Part shown: piece after piece, positions 36,801 through 51,300 of the stretch
How positions within the stretch are numbered: the first letter of the stretch is position 1
Layout: each line of letters opens with the position of its first letter
Source: Phaeosaccion multiseriatum
Taxonomy: Eukaryota; Protista; Ochrophyta, other classes
Length of the DNA stretch: 64,000 nt
Reading direction: 5' to 3'
Assembly (NCBI GenBank): GCA_965112735.1
Contig: OZ218965.1
Coordinates: 186,001 to 250,000, forward strand
Notes under the pieces: model-generated
What the model saw: the letters and a program-made list of their open reading frames with translations, nothing else
What the model was told of the DNA's origin: nothing
Database searches by the model: none
Program-made: the position numbers and the translations under genes

Positions 36801-39800
36801 GTGGTGACGGGAAGTAAGCCCCTACCGCCTTAAAAGACCACCGCCCATCCTCCGCCGCTCTACTCGCGTCGTGCCCTTGCCTGCAGGCTTTGCAACGGGC
36901 ACGAGTGAAGATTGGATACTCAACATTTGCGGTGAGGGCGTGACTGGCTACACTAACTTTCAGGTGCATGGTAACCCGCTGCAGTACCCGCCATTTGGGG
37001 TGTTGGAGCAAGGACGGCTCATGACGCAAAAGTACTTCCAAGACTTGCGCAAGGGTCGACGGGAAGTAAGGAGCCTCAAGGTCATGCTCTTTGGACCGAC
37101 AACTGTAGGCAAGACCAGGTACGGTATACCCTCTTCGTCACAATGTCCCTTCTAGCCAACTACGATGGGCGACAGAGGAGTTCGAGAGAACGGGAGAGGA
37201 GGGGAATTTTTCTGTCGTCATCACCCGCTGCTCTTGATTAGCTTCCAACATGCCTCCCCCCCCCCCGACGTTTCGTCCCTTGCTTGTGTCAGTTTGATGC
37301 GTAGCATCATAGAAGGGCGGCCCACAGCAACGGAGAACAGCAAGAAGCCGTCGACGGTCGGTGTTCACGTCCGGGGCTGCGAGCTGGAGAGACCGGGGCG
37401 TTCGGTTATGTCGTGTCGCTTCTTCGACTGTGGTGGTCAGCAAGACTATCACGGCCTCAGCAGCATGTTTCTCACTGAAGGAGCGGCCTACCTGCTGGTT
37501 TGGAGTCCGCCGGACGATTTGGAAGGCGCTGAGCTAAAGCCGTTCCTTGAAATGCTCCGGCACGGCGCTTCGAAGTCCACGGCGCTCCTTGTAGCGAATC
37601 AATGCGACCGGTGGGAGGAGGCTCAGGGCGATTTGAAGGCACACTGTGGGCGTATGCACGCGCATGTGAAGGAGGAGCTGCGGGAGGGGCGCATAGCGTT
37701 GGGGGAAGAAGTACACATGACGAGCTGCAAGGAGGAGGAAGGGCGGCGGGAGAAGGAGCTGAACGTGTTGGTGGAGACGTTAATGGGCCTAGGCCAGACG
37801 TTCGTAATGGGTCCCTTGCTCGAGAAAGCAGTGACCCTGGTGGGCGACATGGCAGAGAAGCACATCTTCCTGACAATGAGTGAAGTGGAAGAAGCCTGGA
37901 AGGTGAAGCTGCAGGAGGACGGAGTCGAAGACGAGGACAAGGAGCTCGCGGATGTGATGTTCCAGTGCGGAGTCAAAATGCTGTAAGTACGGGGGGGCTT
38001 CGGGGCGAGTGCGTGCGGAATTGAGCGCGCCTATGGGCTGGGTATGGTTAAGACTCTCAAGGTTTTGTTGGCGTGATGACGGTTCGGAACAAGGCCAAAG
38101 CTTATATATTGAGCCCGAGGCAAGAGGGAACGTAAGCACCCGTGGGGGGCGGGGGTAGCTACATCGCTTTCCCGTGCCTCTCTCATTGTATGTATCTCTC
38201 GGTGGCGTGCAGGGAAAGGAACGGAAGACTTGTGGTGGCTGGAGACGTGGAGAAAGGTGCAGCCGTTGTTCTTACGGAGGCGGCCTTGTTTTCCCAGTTG
38301 ATCAGTCCGCTCCTGACTCCGGCCGGTGACATCATTACCGACGGTGGTGAAGTGCTACTGGGTCGCAACAAGGTGTGTGTGTGTGCGTGTGCTTGAGGGA
38401 GATGGCAAAGAAAGAGAGGAATCAATAGAAGTTGGCCAGAGTTTAGTGATGTTGTGTCGTCCGTCTGACATGCCTCCCCCCTTGTCCACACGTTTCTCTC
38501 TGTTTGCCTCCATCTGCCTTATCCTCTGCATTGTGCTTTATTTGTGCCCCCCACCGAAGGGACTTCTGACACCCGCACTGAAGCCGAAGCGACAAGTGGA
38601 CGGCGCCTATGGACTTGAACTGGACAGGAATGCTGCCAACAAACTCAAGAAGGATGGGGTGCTGACGAGTGGTTTTGCCGGATCGGTCTGGAACGCTGTT
38701 CTTGTTCGTCACGGGGGGGGCGGGGGAAGGACTTTCGACCAACAACACGTGAGGGCTCTGCTGGGAAGGTTGGTGGACCTGGGCATCATTTTTGAGAAGG
38801 CTGAGCACGATAACGCCCCGGGAGGGGTCAATGGTGGTGGCACTGCTGCCAAGGAGCAAGAGCTCCAATTCGTGGTCTCCCTCCGCATGCCAGATGCGAT
38901 GGACAGCTCGAACGAGCGAGCGCAGAAATTAAAAAAAGCGGCAGATGATATCAGTCAGAATATGAAGGAAGGAGAGTACTTGAAGCAGGTGTCCCTCAAG
39001 CTGGAGCGCCCCCCTTCCCCCGGGACCATTGCCAGGCTGGTGTCTACTCTCTCCACCAAGGGACTCGGTGAGGTGGCGGTTGGCTGGAGGCAAGGGGCGT
39101 TGTTCGTCGATGCCCAACAAGCGTACATGGCCTTCGTCAGCTATGACTGGACGGAGCAACGCTTGTACCTGAAGGTGGCTGGTCAGTGGGAAGAAGGGGA
39201 GAAGCAGGTGAGGAAGAGGAAAGGGCGTCATATGCGTGGCCTGATGTACTCACCGTGCCGTCACTCTGACTCTCCAAGTTTTGCTTTTCCTCGTTTTTAT
39301 TTGCACTTCGTCAACACTGCATCCACCAAGTGCGACTCTTTCCCGACCGTTGCGATGGGCATGCTGCTCCGGCACACGGTCCGCCATCTCTCCTCCCACA
39401 AGTGCTCGTGGAAAGAAGTGTACGTGACCAAGGATCCCCTGAACGAAAAGTGGGGGCCGCTCTGTGAGGTAAGAGAGAGGAGGGGGGTTGTTGGTTGTAC
39501 ACACCTTGCTTGTTTAGTTAACAGTTGTCGAGGCTTCTCTCGTGCCGGATAAGTGTTGCTCTCAGCTTGCGTGCGGCTCACATACATCATAACCTGTGTG
39601 TTTTGGGACGGAACAGGGAGACCTTCAGGAATTCGGGTGTGTGCTGGATCCATCGCGGAAAGCTGATGCAGGCACAAACGAGCGGGGCCTGCTGTCTGAA
39701 TATGATGTCGAGCGGCTGATCGCTACACCCGTCTTGAGCCCCCGGTGGGCGCCGCCGACTCTGGCCACGAAGTGCTTCAGAGGCGAGTGGAAGACTGTGT

Positions 39801-40601
39801 GCGACAAGTTTGAAGGGGAGGCTTTCGTTACACTCCGGACTTGTGTGAAAGGTTTCGAGAAATACCAGGTACGAGGCTCAGTAGGTCTGTGTTGACGACT
39901 TTGCTCTCCGGGCAAAGCTTTGTGTTCTGATGCCGACGAATTCCTCTTGTCCCTCTCTTGTCTCAAAGGAATCCCTGCAGAAGGCGCGAGACGGGCTTCC
40001 CAACGTCGAGACTATTGAAATGAGCGACGGTAAGGGGTACCAAGTCTTCTTGAGCCACGCCGGGCCGGAGAAGCGGGGCATTGTGTATCTGCTTCACAGA
40101 TGTCTGTGGCAGAGAGGAATTCCGACTTTCTTGGACGAGGAAAGCCTGCAGGCAGGAGACCGCGCCGACCACAAGATGCTCCACGTTGCCCGCACCGCCC
40201 CGATTGGCGTGGTTGTGCTGAGTCCGTCTTTTGTGTGCCGAGAGTGGCCTCTTGAGGAGATGCAAATCTTCATGGACAGGGCGGAGGAGGAGGAAGCGGC
40301 GCTGGTGCCGCTATTCTTCGGGCTGACGGTTGAGGAATGCTGGGACACGGGCAAATTAGAAGATAACCATCCCGGCGTGAAGAAGACATGGGGAGAGTGG
40401 AGCAAAGGGGAGGGAGGGGATTGGGATTGGCTTGAGAAGGACAAGTTCAAGACAGCGGACGAGCTTGCGAAGGACCTGCTGGGGCGTGTGGGTACACACA
40501 CGGGTCTCCGCGATGACCACCAAGAAGATCTGTTTGCTTTCGCCAAAAGAGTGGCGAACAAGGTGGAAAGGGTATTGACGACGTTACATTCCAAGTCGTA
40601 A
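33820..40601 (+). CDS. ROCO-TIR protein copy B (chimera: C-type 5' half, A-type 3' half; 17 LRR units)
   Basis: N-cap 33820-34000. LRR exons from 34265 (donor-dead), 34414, 34563, 34712, 34861, 35010, 35159, 35308 (hybrid), then the A4-A12 equivalents 35473...36629-36700. ROC/COR/TIR translations match copy A. Stop at 40601. Confidence 0.85.
34265..36700 (+). repeat. LRR cassette array B (17 units)
   Basis: Same 72-nt exon / ~77-nt intron periodicity; exact 149-bp period over the first 8 units. Confidence 0.95.
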
Positions 40602-41993
40602 CCCTAAGCACTCTTTGTCTGCTTACTCCCCAGCCACCCTCACTCAGAGAGAGAGAGAGGCGCCAAAGCTTTTTACGGGCAGAACGAGAGTAAAATATAT
40701 TGAAACAATGCCTCGGGTTTCCGATTGGGCATGAACGAGTGGCCTACTCCACAGTCCCCCCTTAACACCTGTTGAGGGTATCCACCTTGTACGAAGGATC
40801 TTAAATCACTCCTTCTGCTTCTGTGTAAGACGGACAGGCAAGCCCCCCCCCCCTCCCCTCCCCTCCCCTCTCGAGTCTCTCGCGTCTTCCGCCGCTCTGC
40901 TCGGCAAGCGAGTGAGCGGTAGCGCTATTTTGTATTCTGCACATGCTGGAGAGCATAAGGACCGCCATCGTCGTGTTCAGGCCCTTGCTGCTTCTGTTGT
41001 ATCACCACCTGCTGCTACTGCTGCTGCTGCTGCTGTATCACCAACTGCCATCGTCGTGCCCAAGGCTCTTGATGAGGCGTCCGAGGCCAAAGCCGCAAAA
41101 GCGCCGCAGCAACACACCGAGTGTCCCCTGAGCCTGCCCCTGACCTTGACCTTGACCCTGACCCTGACCTGGAGCATGGGCCTGACCCTGACCCTGACCC
41201 TGACCTTGACCCTGACCCTGACCCTGGCCCTGACCCCGAGCATGAGCCTGGCCCTGAGCATGAGCCTGGCCCTGACGTTGACCCTTGGGCCCTGACGTTG
41301 GCCCTTTGGCCCTGACGTTGGCCCTTGGGCCCTGATCGCTCAGATACGCTCCAGGGGCTTGATGCCGAGCAGCTCGAAGCATGTGCCCATGGCTCGCTTC
41401 GTGGCTTGGCACAGCAGGAGGCGCCCGTTCTGTATCACCAACACGGGAGCGTGGGGGGTGGGGGTGTCAGGACAGCGGGTAGGGGGTTTCAGGACAGTGG
41501 GTGGGAGGTGCCCATTTCGTATCACCGACGGGACAGGGCCATGCATACAGCAGCAGTTGGTGATACAGCGTCAGAGACATTGTGTCACAGGCATTATCTT
41601 AGAGTCAGTCTAGCACCCACAGCAAGTGCCCCACTCAATCCCTCACATACTCACTCACTCACGGACTTAATCACCCACCCACTCACCCACCCACTCACTA
41701 GTAACTGACTGACTCACTCACTCACTTCCTCACTGCCTCACTTACTCACTCACTGCCTCACTCACGCACGCACTCACTCCCTCACGCACGTACTCACTCA
41801 ATCACTCACGCAATCACTCACTCACGCACGTACTCACTCACTCACTCACGTCCACTGCCATCCACTGCCATCCCTCCCTCTCCGGGCGATGGGGCGCTCT
41901 CTCGTTTGTTCTGCTCCTGCCCCTTGCCATCCGCTGCCATCCTCCCTCTCTGACCCCCCAACGCCCCTGCTCTCCCCCCCCTCCTGTCCTCAG

Positions 41994-42740
41994 CTGGACC
42001 CCGACATGCTCAAGATGTCGTTTCCCGAGTGGAAGCTTTACCTCAAGACGTGCCCCAACAACGATGCCGGCAACAGGACTAGGCTCGAGAGCGGCTTCAT
42101 GATCGAAATTGCACAGGTCAGTCAGTCAGTCGGTCAGTCGGTCAGTCAGTCAGTCAGTCAGTCAGTCAGTCAGTCAGTCAGTCAGTCAGTCAGTCAGTCA
42201 GTCAGTCAGTCAGTCAGTCAGTCAGTCAGTCAGTCAGTCAGTCAGTCAGTCAGTCAGTCAGTCAGTCAGTCAGTCAGTCAGTCAGTCAGTCAGTCAGTCA
42301 GTCGGTCGGTCAGCCAGTAAGTCAGTCAGTTCTCGAGTCTGTCAGTCAGTCAGTGAATCAGTCAGTCAGTGAGTCAATCTGTCAATACGTTGGTCAGCCA
42401 GCGCTGTCAGTAGCGCAGTCAGTGACACGCCTCCCTGTCCTGACACATTGCTCTGTACCCGCTGTCCTGACACCTTGCATTGTACCCGCTGTCCTGACAC
42501 CTTGCATTGTACCCGCTGTCCTGACACCTTACACTGTATCCGCTGACCCCAAGCTTGACCCCGTGACATTGACATTGACATTGACATTGACATTGACATT
42601 GACATTGACATTGACATTGACATTGACATTGACATTGCCGCTCTCTACCCCCTGCCTCGTGCGTGCTCAGGAGGTGGCTATGGAGAGGCAGAAGAACGTG
42701 TGGGTCGATGGCAGCCTACGGGATGCAGAGCGGTATGAGG

Positions 42741-42772
<32 letters not shown>

Positions 42773-43554
42773 TGTGTGTGTGTGTGGGGTCGCCTGGGAT
42801 GAGGGCTGCGCACTCACCCCGCCACAGGGGGAGGGAAAGATGGACATGCAGGTAGAGAAAGAGAGAGGGAGAGAAAGAGAGCGAGAGAGAGAGAGCGAGA
42901 GAGCGAGAGAGAAAGAAAGAGAGAGAGAGAGAGAGAGAGCCAGAGAGAGAGAGAAAGAAAGAGAGCCAGAGAGAGAGAGAAAGAAAGAGAGAGAGAGAGA
43001 GAGAGAGCCTTCCGTCTGCAGACAGAAGCGCATTGGCCCCTTCTGACAGAGCGTGAGTATGTGCGTGTGTGTGTATGTGTGTGTGTGTATTTGTGCCCGC
43101 GCAGATCGTGTTCCGACAGATCCGCTTGAAGCGCCCCCACTACCGCATCGCCATTCTCTACGTGTTCGCCGACCGCGAGTGTGTGTTTCGAAGGGCCAAG
43201 GAGCGCGGCGAGCAGACGGGCCGTTTCGTGCCCGAAGAGGACATCGAGGACTCGCTGCAGAAGGTGCCCCTCACCGTAGAGAAGCTCATGCACAAGGTGA
43301 GTGAAACTGTCGGCAGCAGCGGGGCGGGCAGGGCCATGCACGGGTGGGGTTGTTTGGGTATACACAGGTTGGGCATACACAGGTTGGGCATACACAGGTT
43401 GGGCCACCGAGGAGTGATAAGCACTATAGGGGGAGAGTAAGCCCTTCCCACCAAAGCCCTTCCCGCCAAAGCTCTTACCGCCATGACCCTTCCTGCCGTG
43501 ACGTTTCATGACGTATGTCTCTGTCGCTCCACTGCCGAATGCCGCGCCCGCGGG

Positions 43555-43599
<45 letters not shown>

Positions 43600-44048
43600 T
43601 TGTGTGTATGCGTGTGTGTGCGTGTGTGTGTGTGTGTGCGTGTGTGTGTGTGCATGCGCAGGTGGGCTTCGTGGCGTGGATCGAGAACTCGGAGAATAAG
43701 GACACGTCCACCTCGGACCCCAAGCTCGTCAAGTACATGGAGAGCGAGAGCCCAGACCAGAGTACAGACCAGAGCAGCCAGCCGGGCAGTGACACGCGGC
43801 AGAGCGCAGGCAGACAGGTGCGGGGGGGGGCGCCGCGAGAGGGGTCAGTCAATCAGTCAGTCAGTCAGTCAGTCAGTCAGTCAGTCAGTCAGTCAGTCAG
43901 TCAGTCAGTCAGTCAGTCAGTCAGTCAGTCAGTCAAGTCTCTCAGTCAGTCAATCAGTCTGTCAGTCAGTCAGTCAGTCAGTATCAGTCAGTCAGTCAGT
44001 CAATCAGTGAAGTCAGTCAATCAGTGAAGTCAGTCAGTCAGTCAGTCA

Positions 44049-44087
<39 letters not shown>

Positions 44088-44124
44088 AGTCAGTCAGGCC
44101 CTCAGTCAGTCAGTCAGTCAGTCA

Positions 44125-44159
<35 letters not shown>

Positions 44160-46330
44160 AGTCAGTCAGGCCCTCAGTCAGTCAGTCAGTCAGTCAGTCA
44201 GCCAGTCAGTCAGTCAATCAATCTGTCAGTCAGTCAGTCCCTGAGTTCCTCAGTACCGTCATGCGTGCTCTGCTGTGCTCTGATGAAGTGTACTCTCTCC
44301 CTCTCTATATCAGAAGCCTCCCCCACCCCCCCCCCTCTCTTCCTCTCCCTTTCTCTCTCCTTCTCCTCACGCCCCCCCCCTTGTGTGTGTCCACCGTCTT
44401 CCTCTCGCGGCAGTGGGTGATGAACGAGAGGGGCAGCTGGGAGGAGATTTCGGACCGATTTGCCATACTCGCGGAGCTCGATCAGGTGAGAAGTGGTACA
44501 GCGCAATAAGCTAATGAGTGTCTGGCCGTGGCCCCCAGTAGCTACTAAGGGTTGGAAAGGGAAAAAGGGATACCCAGTGAGCACTAAGGGGCATTTATTG
44601 ACTTAATTGTCAGCACCAAGGGAGGCACAGGGGGGTCCTGACACGAGGCACCAGGGTGTGGGGGAGGGGGGTGTCCTCGGTGAACCTTCTCAGCACGTGC
44701 TGCTCGGGAGGGAGGTTGACCAAATTCCTCTTTTTGGTGCTGGTGTCAGCTCTCTCATGCCCATACACATGTTTCTGCTCCGTGAAACGCTGGTTGGTGT
44801 CAGGACCCGGCCACATGGCGGTGGTGGCTGAAGGAGCAAGTGGCCAAGAACGACGTCGTGGTGTTCGGCAAGAGCTACTGCTCCTTCAGGTTTGTGCTCT
44901 CGTTGTTGGCCATTCGGCACTCCTTGTGGAGAAGGTCTTTTCCTCTCGCCTGGCTGCCTCCTGATCTCGTCCTCCTCAAGTCCTCCTTAGTATCTGTGCC
45001 CACCACCCTTACTCCCACTCCCTCCTCTCGACGCCCCCCCTCCCTGTCGCAGCAACCGCTTGTTGGACTTGTTGCACAACCTTAAGGTGGAGTTCACTGT
45101 GGTGCAGGTGAGAGCTTCTCGGGAGGGGCAGGCAGGCAAGCGAATGGGGAGATAGGGAGCGACAATGTAGAGAGAGAGAGCCCTTGGGATCGATGCAACA
45201 GATGACAACTGTCTGGACCACCAACGCCTCTCTTCCGGCCGTGGGGTGCCATCGTCTTCGCTCACACGCCTGAATAGTTCTCTCTCTTTCTGCCTTACTC
45301 ATGTGTCTCTCTATCCCTCTCTGTCTGCCTCTCTGTTTGTCACTCTCTCTCTCCTTCTCTCGTCCGCTCTCTTTTGGCAGTTCGACGAGCTCCCCGGGGG
45401 GGGTGTCCCCCTGCAGCTCGAGCTCACCAAGATGACTGGCATCGCCACAGGTAAGGCATATGGGTCATCGGTGCTAAGGCATATGGGCCATCAGTGCTAA
45501 GGCATATGGGCCATCGGTGCCCCCCGAGGCCCGATGAAAGGAGAGGGTGTCCGGTGTGTGGTGTCGAACCCCCCCCCCTGACGCTCCCTCCTCCCTCCTC
45601 CCCCCTCTCTTGTCCAGTGCCCCAGCTCTTCAGCCACGGGCGCTGTTTGGGCGGCTGCAGCTCCTGTTTCGCGTTGCACGAGAAGGGTCTTCTCGAGCTC
45701 GCACTCAGCGGACCCCTCACAGCGCAAAGCCCTCCACAGGAGGGAAGTGGGGGGGGGGGGGTGGTGAGGAGGAAGCTCAGACTGAGGCAAAGAAAGTCCA
45801 TCAGCAGCTCCCCCTCTCCAAGCCGCAGTCACGAGAACCTCGCTCTTCTTGCGAGCAGTCCTTCCGTAGAGGCGCTGATGGGGGTGGGGGCGGCAGGAGG
45901 GGCAAGGGCATTGCATGGGTCAGGGGCAGGGGCACCCACCGGGGGACCGACGCAGGAAGGGAGGCGGGCAACAGTGGGGCCGTACGGGGGGGAGACGAAG
46001 CAGTGGGTGGTACAGCAGTTGGGCATACAGCACCTCTCAATGGACAACGACGAGAGCCTCCTTCCGAGCGGGGAGCGCTTGGAGACGCCGCAGCAGGGGA
46101 AGCACGAGAGTGTCGTCCCCAGCGGCGACAGGCGTATAGGCAGGCAGTCCAGCGGGAGGTGTATGGGCCGGGGTGGTCATCAGCTGCAGTGCCTGCCGCC
46201 CGTTAAGGAGGAACGGCCGGCAGGTCAGCGAACGCCCACCCCCGTAAGCCAACAAACGCCCTCCTCCCCAGTAAGCCAACAAACGCCCTCAGGTCAACCC
46301 ACCAGCTCGGACGAGGCCCGGCCCAAGTGA
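41994..46330 (+). pseudogene. 5'-truncated copy 2 of the zeta-kinase/glutaredoxin gene
   Basis: Duplicate of 27504-31797; last exon open to ...DEARPK* at 46330. Confidence 0.75.
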
Positions 46331-48352
46331 GGGCCCAAGAATCAATAGTAAAAAGGAGGTTGGGAAGTCTCGAGCAGAGGCGTATGGGCATATTAGAGCA
46401 GAGGCGTATGGGCATGGCGGAGCCGTGGGGCGCGGACGGCGGCCTTGGTCGCGCGGGCTCAGGCGAAGGGGGTGGGGGATGTGTAGATAAGCGAACTGGT
46501 ATCCACCTTGTATGAAGGATCTTAAATCAAAAATCAAAGAGAACGAACACATTCAAACTGAACTACTCCTTCTGTGTAAGACGGACAGGCAAGCCCCCCT
46601 CCCCTCTCGAGTCTCTCGCGTCTCTCGCGTCTTCCGCCGCTCTGTTCGGCAAGCGAGTGAGCGGTAGCGCTATTTTGTATTTTGCACATGCTGGAGAGCA
46701 GGAGGACCGCCATCCTCGTGTTCAGGGCCCTTGCTGCTTCTGGTTTATCACCACCTGCTGCCACTGCTGCTGTATCACCAAGTGCTGCTTCTGTTGTATC
46801 ACCAACTGCTGCTGCTGCTGCTGCTGCTGTTGAATGCTGCGCATCCGAGAGTACCCTGGCCGCCAACGTTGTCGCTGCGCCGAGGGCTACGGAGAGGCCG
46901 GGTGTGTGCAGTGCGAAGTCGCTCGGGTCCTGGCCTGTATCTGTAGTGCCCCCTTTGCGACATTGATATCGGCGTCATCGACATTGATATCGGCATCATC
47001 GACATTGATATCGGCATCATCGACATTGATATCGGCATCTCTGGCCCTCGCCACTGCGCTGCTGGGGACCTGTACTGCCCCCTTTGCGGCGCATCACCTT
47101 CCACTCCCCCCCCCGCTACATCCTTGTAAGCCGAAAAGGGGGAACAGCTGATGTGTGTCGTCCATCTTGTCCTTCCTGCATGTCTGTGTCTAGGAGGTCG
47201 AGCAGCACCTCCAGCACCCCGACTCGCTGCCGCAGCGCCCTGCCGTCAAATCGCTGATGACCCTGCGCTTCCCCTTCTGCTCAACTTCCCCCTAGGGGTT
47301 TGGCCACATCTCACTGCCGGCCTGCTCGTCCAGAAAAGCATGATGAACTACAGCCAGTCGCCCTCTCGTCGAGCAGAAAGTCTTTGATCCTTCTATTCAT
47401 AATCAAGGCAGCGTGCTCATCGACGCTCTGGTGGCTCTCCCCGGTGACTGCCTTCTGCCTTGCAGCTGCGAGCTGACCCTTCGAGAAACCCTTTCACCCT
47501 CTGCATCGCACCTCTGCGTCCACCCCACTACTGCTGGGGCGTCGTTCCTGGCGCCAGCAACGACTTGCTCTCGTGCGTGGCCGGTGACGCGCTTATCCTC
47601 CAGCACCTCATCTATCCTGGCTGGCCGGGTCCATGTGCAGGGCAGCGAGACCTCCACCTGGGGTGGCGTACAGCTCGCAAGCCACCCAACGACCGCATCA
47701 CCCGCGTACGAGGGCCCGCCACTGGACCTCTGTACCCACAGCCTTTACCACTGCCGCCTTCCCCGCAGCCCAGACCCTCCGACTCTCTGCCTCAGCACAG
47801 GGGAGGGGTAAGCCAGGCCGCCCCGCAGCGCCCGAAACGTGGAATACGCCCTATCCGGGAGCTTGGCCTGCGCCGCTGCCTTCTTCTCGTTCGCCGACGC
47901 CTCTGGCTGCTCCCAGCCAGATGCGGGCTCAATGCCCTGTGCCAGCTGCAAGCTTGGAGGGGTGACAGCAGTGCTTCCCTTGTGCATGCTGAGGGCGATT
48001 GCAAGATTCTCCTGCGCTATCACGCCTCGCCTCCGCCTGTCGAGCCGACGCACAATGTGCTCCTCCAATCAATGCCGGCTTCGTAAACGTGGCCCGCCTC
48101 CTTCCGTTTTTCCTCCCCGCTGCCTGTCTTTCATCTCCCCGAGAGTAATCCCGTTCGCACCAGCCTTGTTAGCAATAATGCTTCTCTATCTGTCTCACCC
48201 TTTTTTTTCCCGCGTCACGGTCACGTCCATTTGTGAACTTCATGGATTCAAAGCTCGCTCACTTTTTATGCTGACGTATCCTGACGCCGTGCAGACTAAA
48301 CACTGAGACCAGGGCGAGCTTTTATCAGTGTTTGCGTGTTACGAAGGTTACG

Positions 48353-51300
48353 ATGTCTATTGTCCTCGAGGATCAGCGTAGAATACTCACAGCCGTCTTT
48401 CTCGCGACGAGCGGACCCGCTTGGTCTTACAAGGCAGGATGGAACACGGACGCTTCTTTGGAGAACTGGGTCGGAGTGCGCGTTGAGAATGACTATGTGG
48501 TGGAGCTTGACCTCGGAAGAATCGGCCTCAAAGGTAGGAGAGACGTGATTATGGTTGTTGCGCCTTACGTCCTGAAGAGTACGTCGTATTCTAAAGTTTT
48601 TCCAGAATGTTGGCAATGTTCTCTCCTTTTATTTGTTCTTTTATTCATGCAACAACACGTGATCGGTCTAGAATATTCGGGAAGGACGAAGCAAAGAGGG
48701 GCGAGAGATGTGTGAGGCAGGGGCATGATGTGGTAGTCCAGCGACTCGTTCGCGTCCCTTTCACTTCGTGTACCAAAGAGCTCCCCCCGCTCCGCAGGGA
48801 GGATTCCACCAGAGCTTGAAGGTCTTCAGAACCATGAGAGACTGTCCCTCAACAACAATCAGCTCACTGATGAGTGGCACGAGCACCCGTTCGCGTCCCT
48901 TTCACTTGATATGAGTATGACCAAGGAACTTTCCTCCCATCCGCAGGGAGCATTCCACCCGAGCTTGGAAGTCTTCAGAACCTGACGGTGCTCAGCCTGT
49001 TGCGCAACCAGCTCTCCGGTGAGTGATACGCACACCCGTTCGCGTCCCCTTGACTTGATATGAGTGTGACCAGAGAACTCTCCTCCCATCCGCAGGGAGC
49101 ATTCCACCCGAGCTTGGAAGTCTGGAGAAGCTTGAGAGACTGAACCTCTCCGACAACGCGCTCACTGGTGAGTGGTACGCACACCCGTTCGCGTCCCTTT
49201 CACTTGATATGAGTGTGACCAAGGAACTTTCCTACCATCCGCAGGATGCATTCCAAGGGAGCTTGGACGCCTGGAGAAGCTGAAGGTATTAATCCTCTCC
49301 TACAGCAACGTCACTGGTAAGTGGTATGCGGACCTGTTCGCGTCCCTTTCACTTGATATGAGTGTGACCAAGGAACTTTCCTACCATCCGCAGGATGCAT
49401 TCCAAGGGAGCTTGGAAGTCTGGAGAAGCTTGAGCACTTGAGTCTCGCTGGCAGCAAGCTCACTGGTAAGTGGTACGCACACCCGTTCACGTCCCTTTCG
49501 CTTGATATGAGTTTGACCAAAGATCTTTCCTCCCATCCGCAGGGAGCATTCCACCCGAGCTTGGAAGTCTGAAGAAGCTGAAGGTTTTGAAACTCTCCCA
49601 CAACAAGCTCACTGGTGAGTGGTACGCGTACCCGTTCGCGTCCCTTTTACTTGATATGAGTATGACCAAAGAGCTTTCCTCCCATCCGCAGGGAGCATTC
49701 CACCCGAGCTTGGACGCCTGGAGAAGCTGGAGGAATTGCGCCTCTCCCACAACAAGCTCACTGGTAAGTGTTATGCGAACCCGTTCGCATCCCTTTTACT
49801 TGATATGAGTATGACCAAAGAACTTTCCTCCCATCCGCAGGGAGCATTCCACCCGAGCTTGGAGGTCTCGTCCAGCTCGACCTCCTGTACCTCCAGTACA
49901 ACCACCTCTCCGGTAAGTGGTACGCACACCCATTCGCGTCCCTTTCACTTGATATGAGTTTGACCAAAGAACTTCCCCTCCGCTCCGCAGGGAGCATTCC
50001 AAGGGAGCTTGGAAGTATGGAGGAGCTTGCGATAGTGGACCTCTCCAACAACAAGCTCACCGGTGAGTGGTTGCATGCCCGGTCGCGTCCCTTTCACTTG
50101 ATACTTGGGTAGGGAACATGGCGAGATTTTCGATGAGCCAATTGTGAGTGGTCCGGCTCCCGCGGCGACGTACAGCACAGCTTGAGCCACTGCCCACTTC
50201 CGCCTTTAAAGACCACCGCCCGTCCTCCACCGCTCTACTCGCGTCGTGCCCTTGCCTGCAGGCTTTGCAACCGGCACGAGTGAAGATTGGATACTCAGAT
50301 TTTGCCCCAACAAGTGGGGCCACATTCGGGTGGAAGATAACCCGCTGCAGTACCCACCAGTTGGGGTGTTGGAGCAAGGACAGCACATGACGCAAAAGTA
50401 CTTCCAAGACTTGAGTGAGGGTCGAAGGGAAGTAACGAGCCTCAAGGTCATGCTCTTAGGACCCACAACAGTAGGCAAGACCAGGTGCGGAATGCCCTCT
50501 TCGTCACTTTGTCATGTCTAGCTGACTACGATGCGCGACAGAGGAGTTCGAGGGCAGGAGAGAGGAGGGGAGAAATGCTAAGACACACACGTCTCGTGAT
50601 TACCCGCTGCTCTTAATTAGCTTCCAACGTCCCTCCCTCCCCCTCCCCGACGTTTCGTCCCTTGCTTGTGTCAGTTTGATGCTTAGCATCATAGCAGGGC
50701 GGCCCACAGCAACAGTGAAAGGAGAGAACCCGTCGACCGTCGGTGTTGACATCAATAGCTACGATCTAAAGGGACATGTAGGGATATTTAGGGCCATATA
50801 TAACCTTCTATTTGGCTACAGTGCGCCGAGGGTGTCGTGTCGCTTCTTTGACTGCGGTGGTCAGCAAGACTATCACGGCCTGAGCAGCATGTTCATGACA
50901 GAAGGAGCTGCCTACCTGCTGGTTTGGAGTCCGCCCGACGATTTGGAAGGCGCTGAGCTAAAGCCGTTCCTTGAAATACTCCGGCACGGCGCTTCGAAGT
51001 CCACTGTGCTCCTTGTAGCCAATCAATGCGACCGGTGGGAGGAGGCTCAGGGCGATTTGAAGGCACGCTGTGAGGTTATTCACGGTGCTGTGAAAGAGAA
51101 GCTGCGGGAGGGGCGCATAGCGTTGGGGGAAGAAGTGCACATGACGAGCTGCAAGGAGACGGGAGGGGGGGAGAAGGAGCTGAAGATGATGGTGGAGACG
51201 TTAATGGGCCTAGGCCAGACGTACGTAATGGGCCCCTTGCTCGAGAAAGCAGTGACCCTGCTGGGAGACATGGCAGAGAAGCGCACCTTCCTCACAATGG

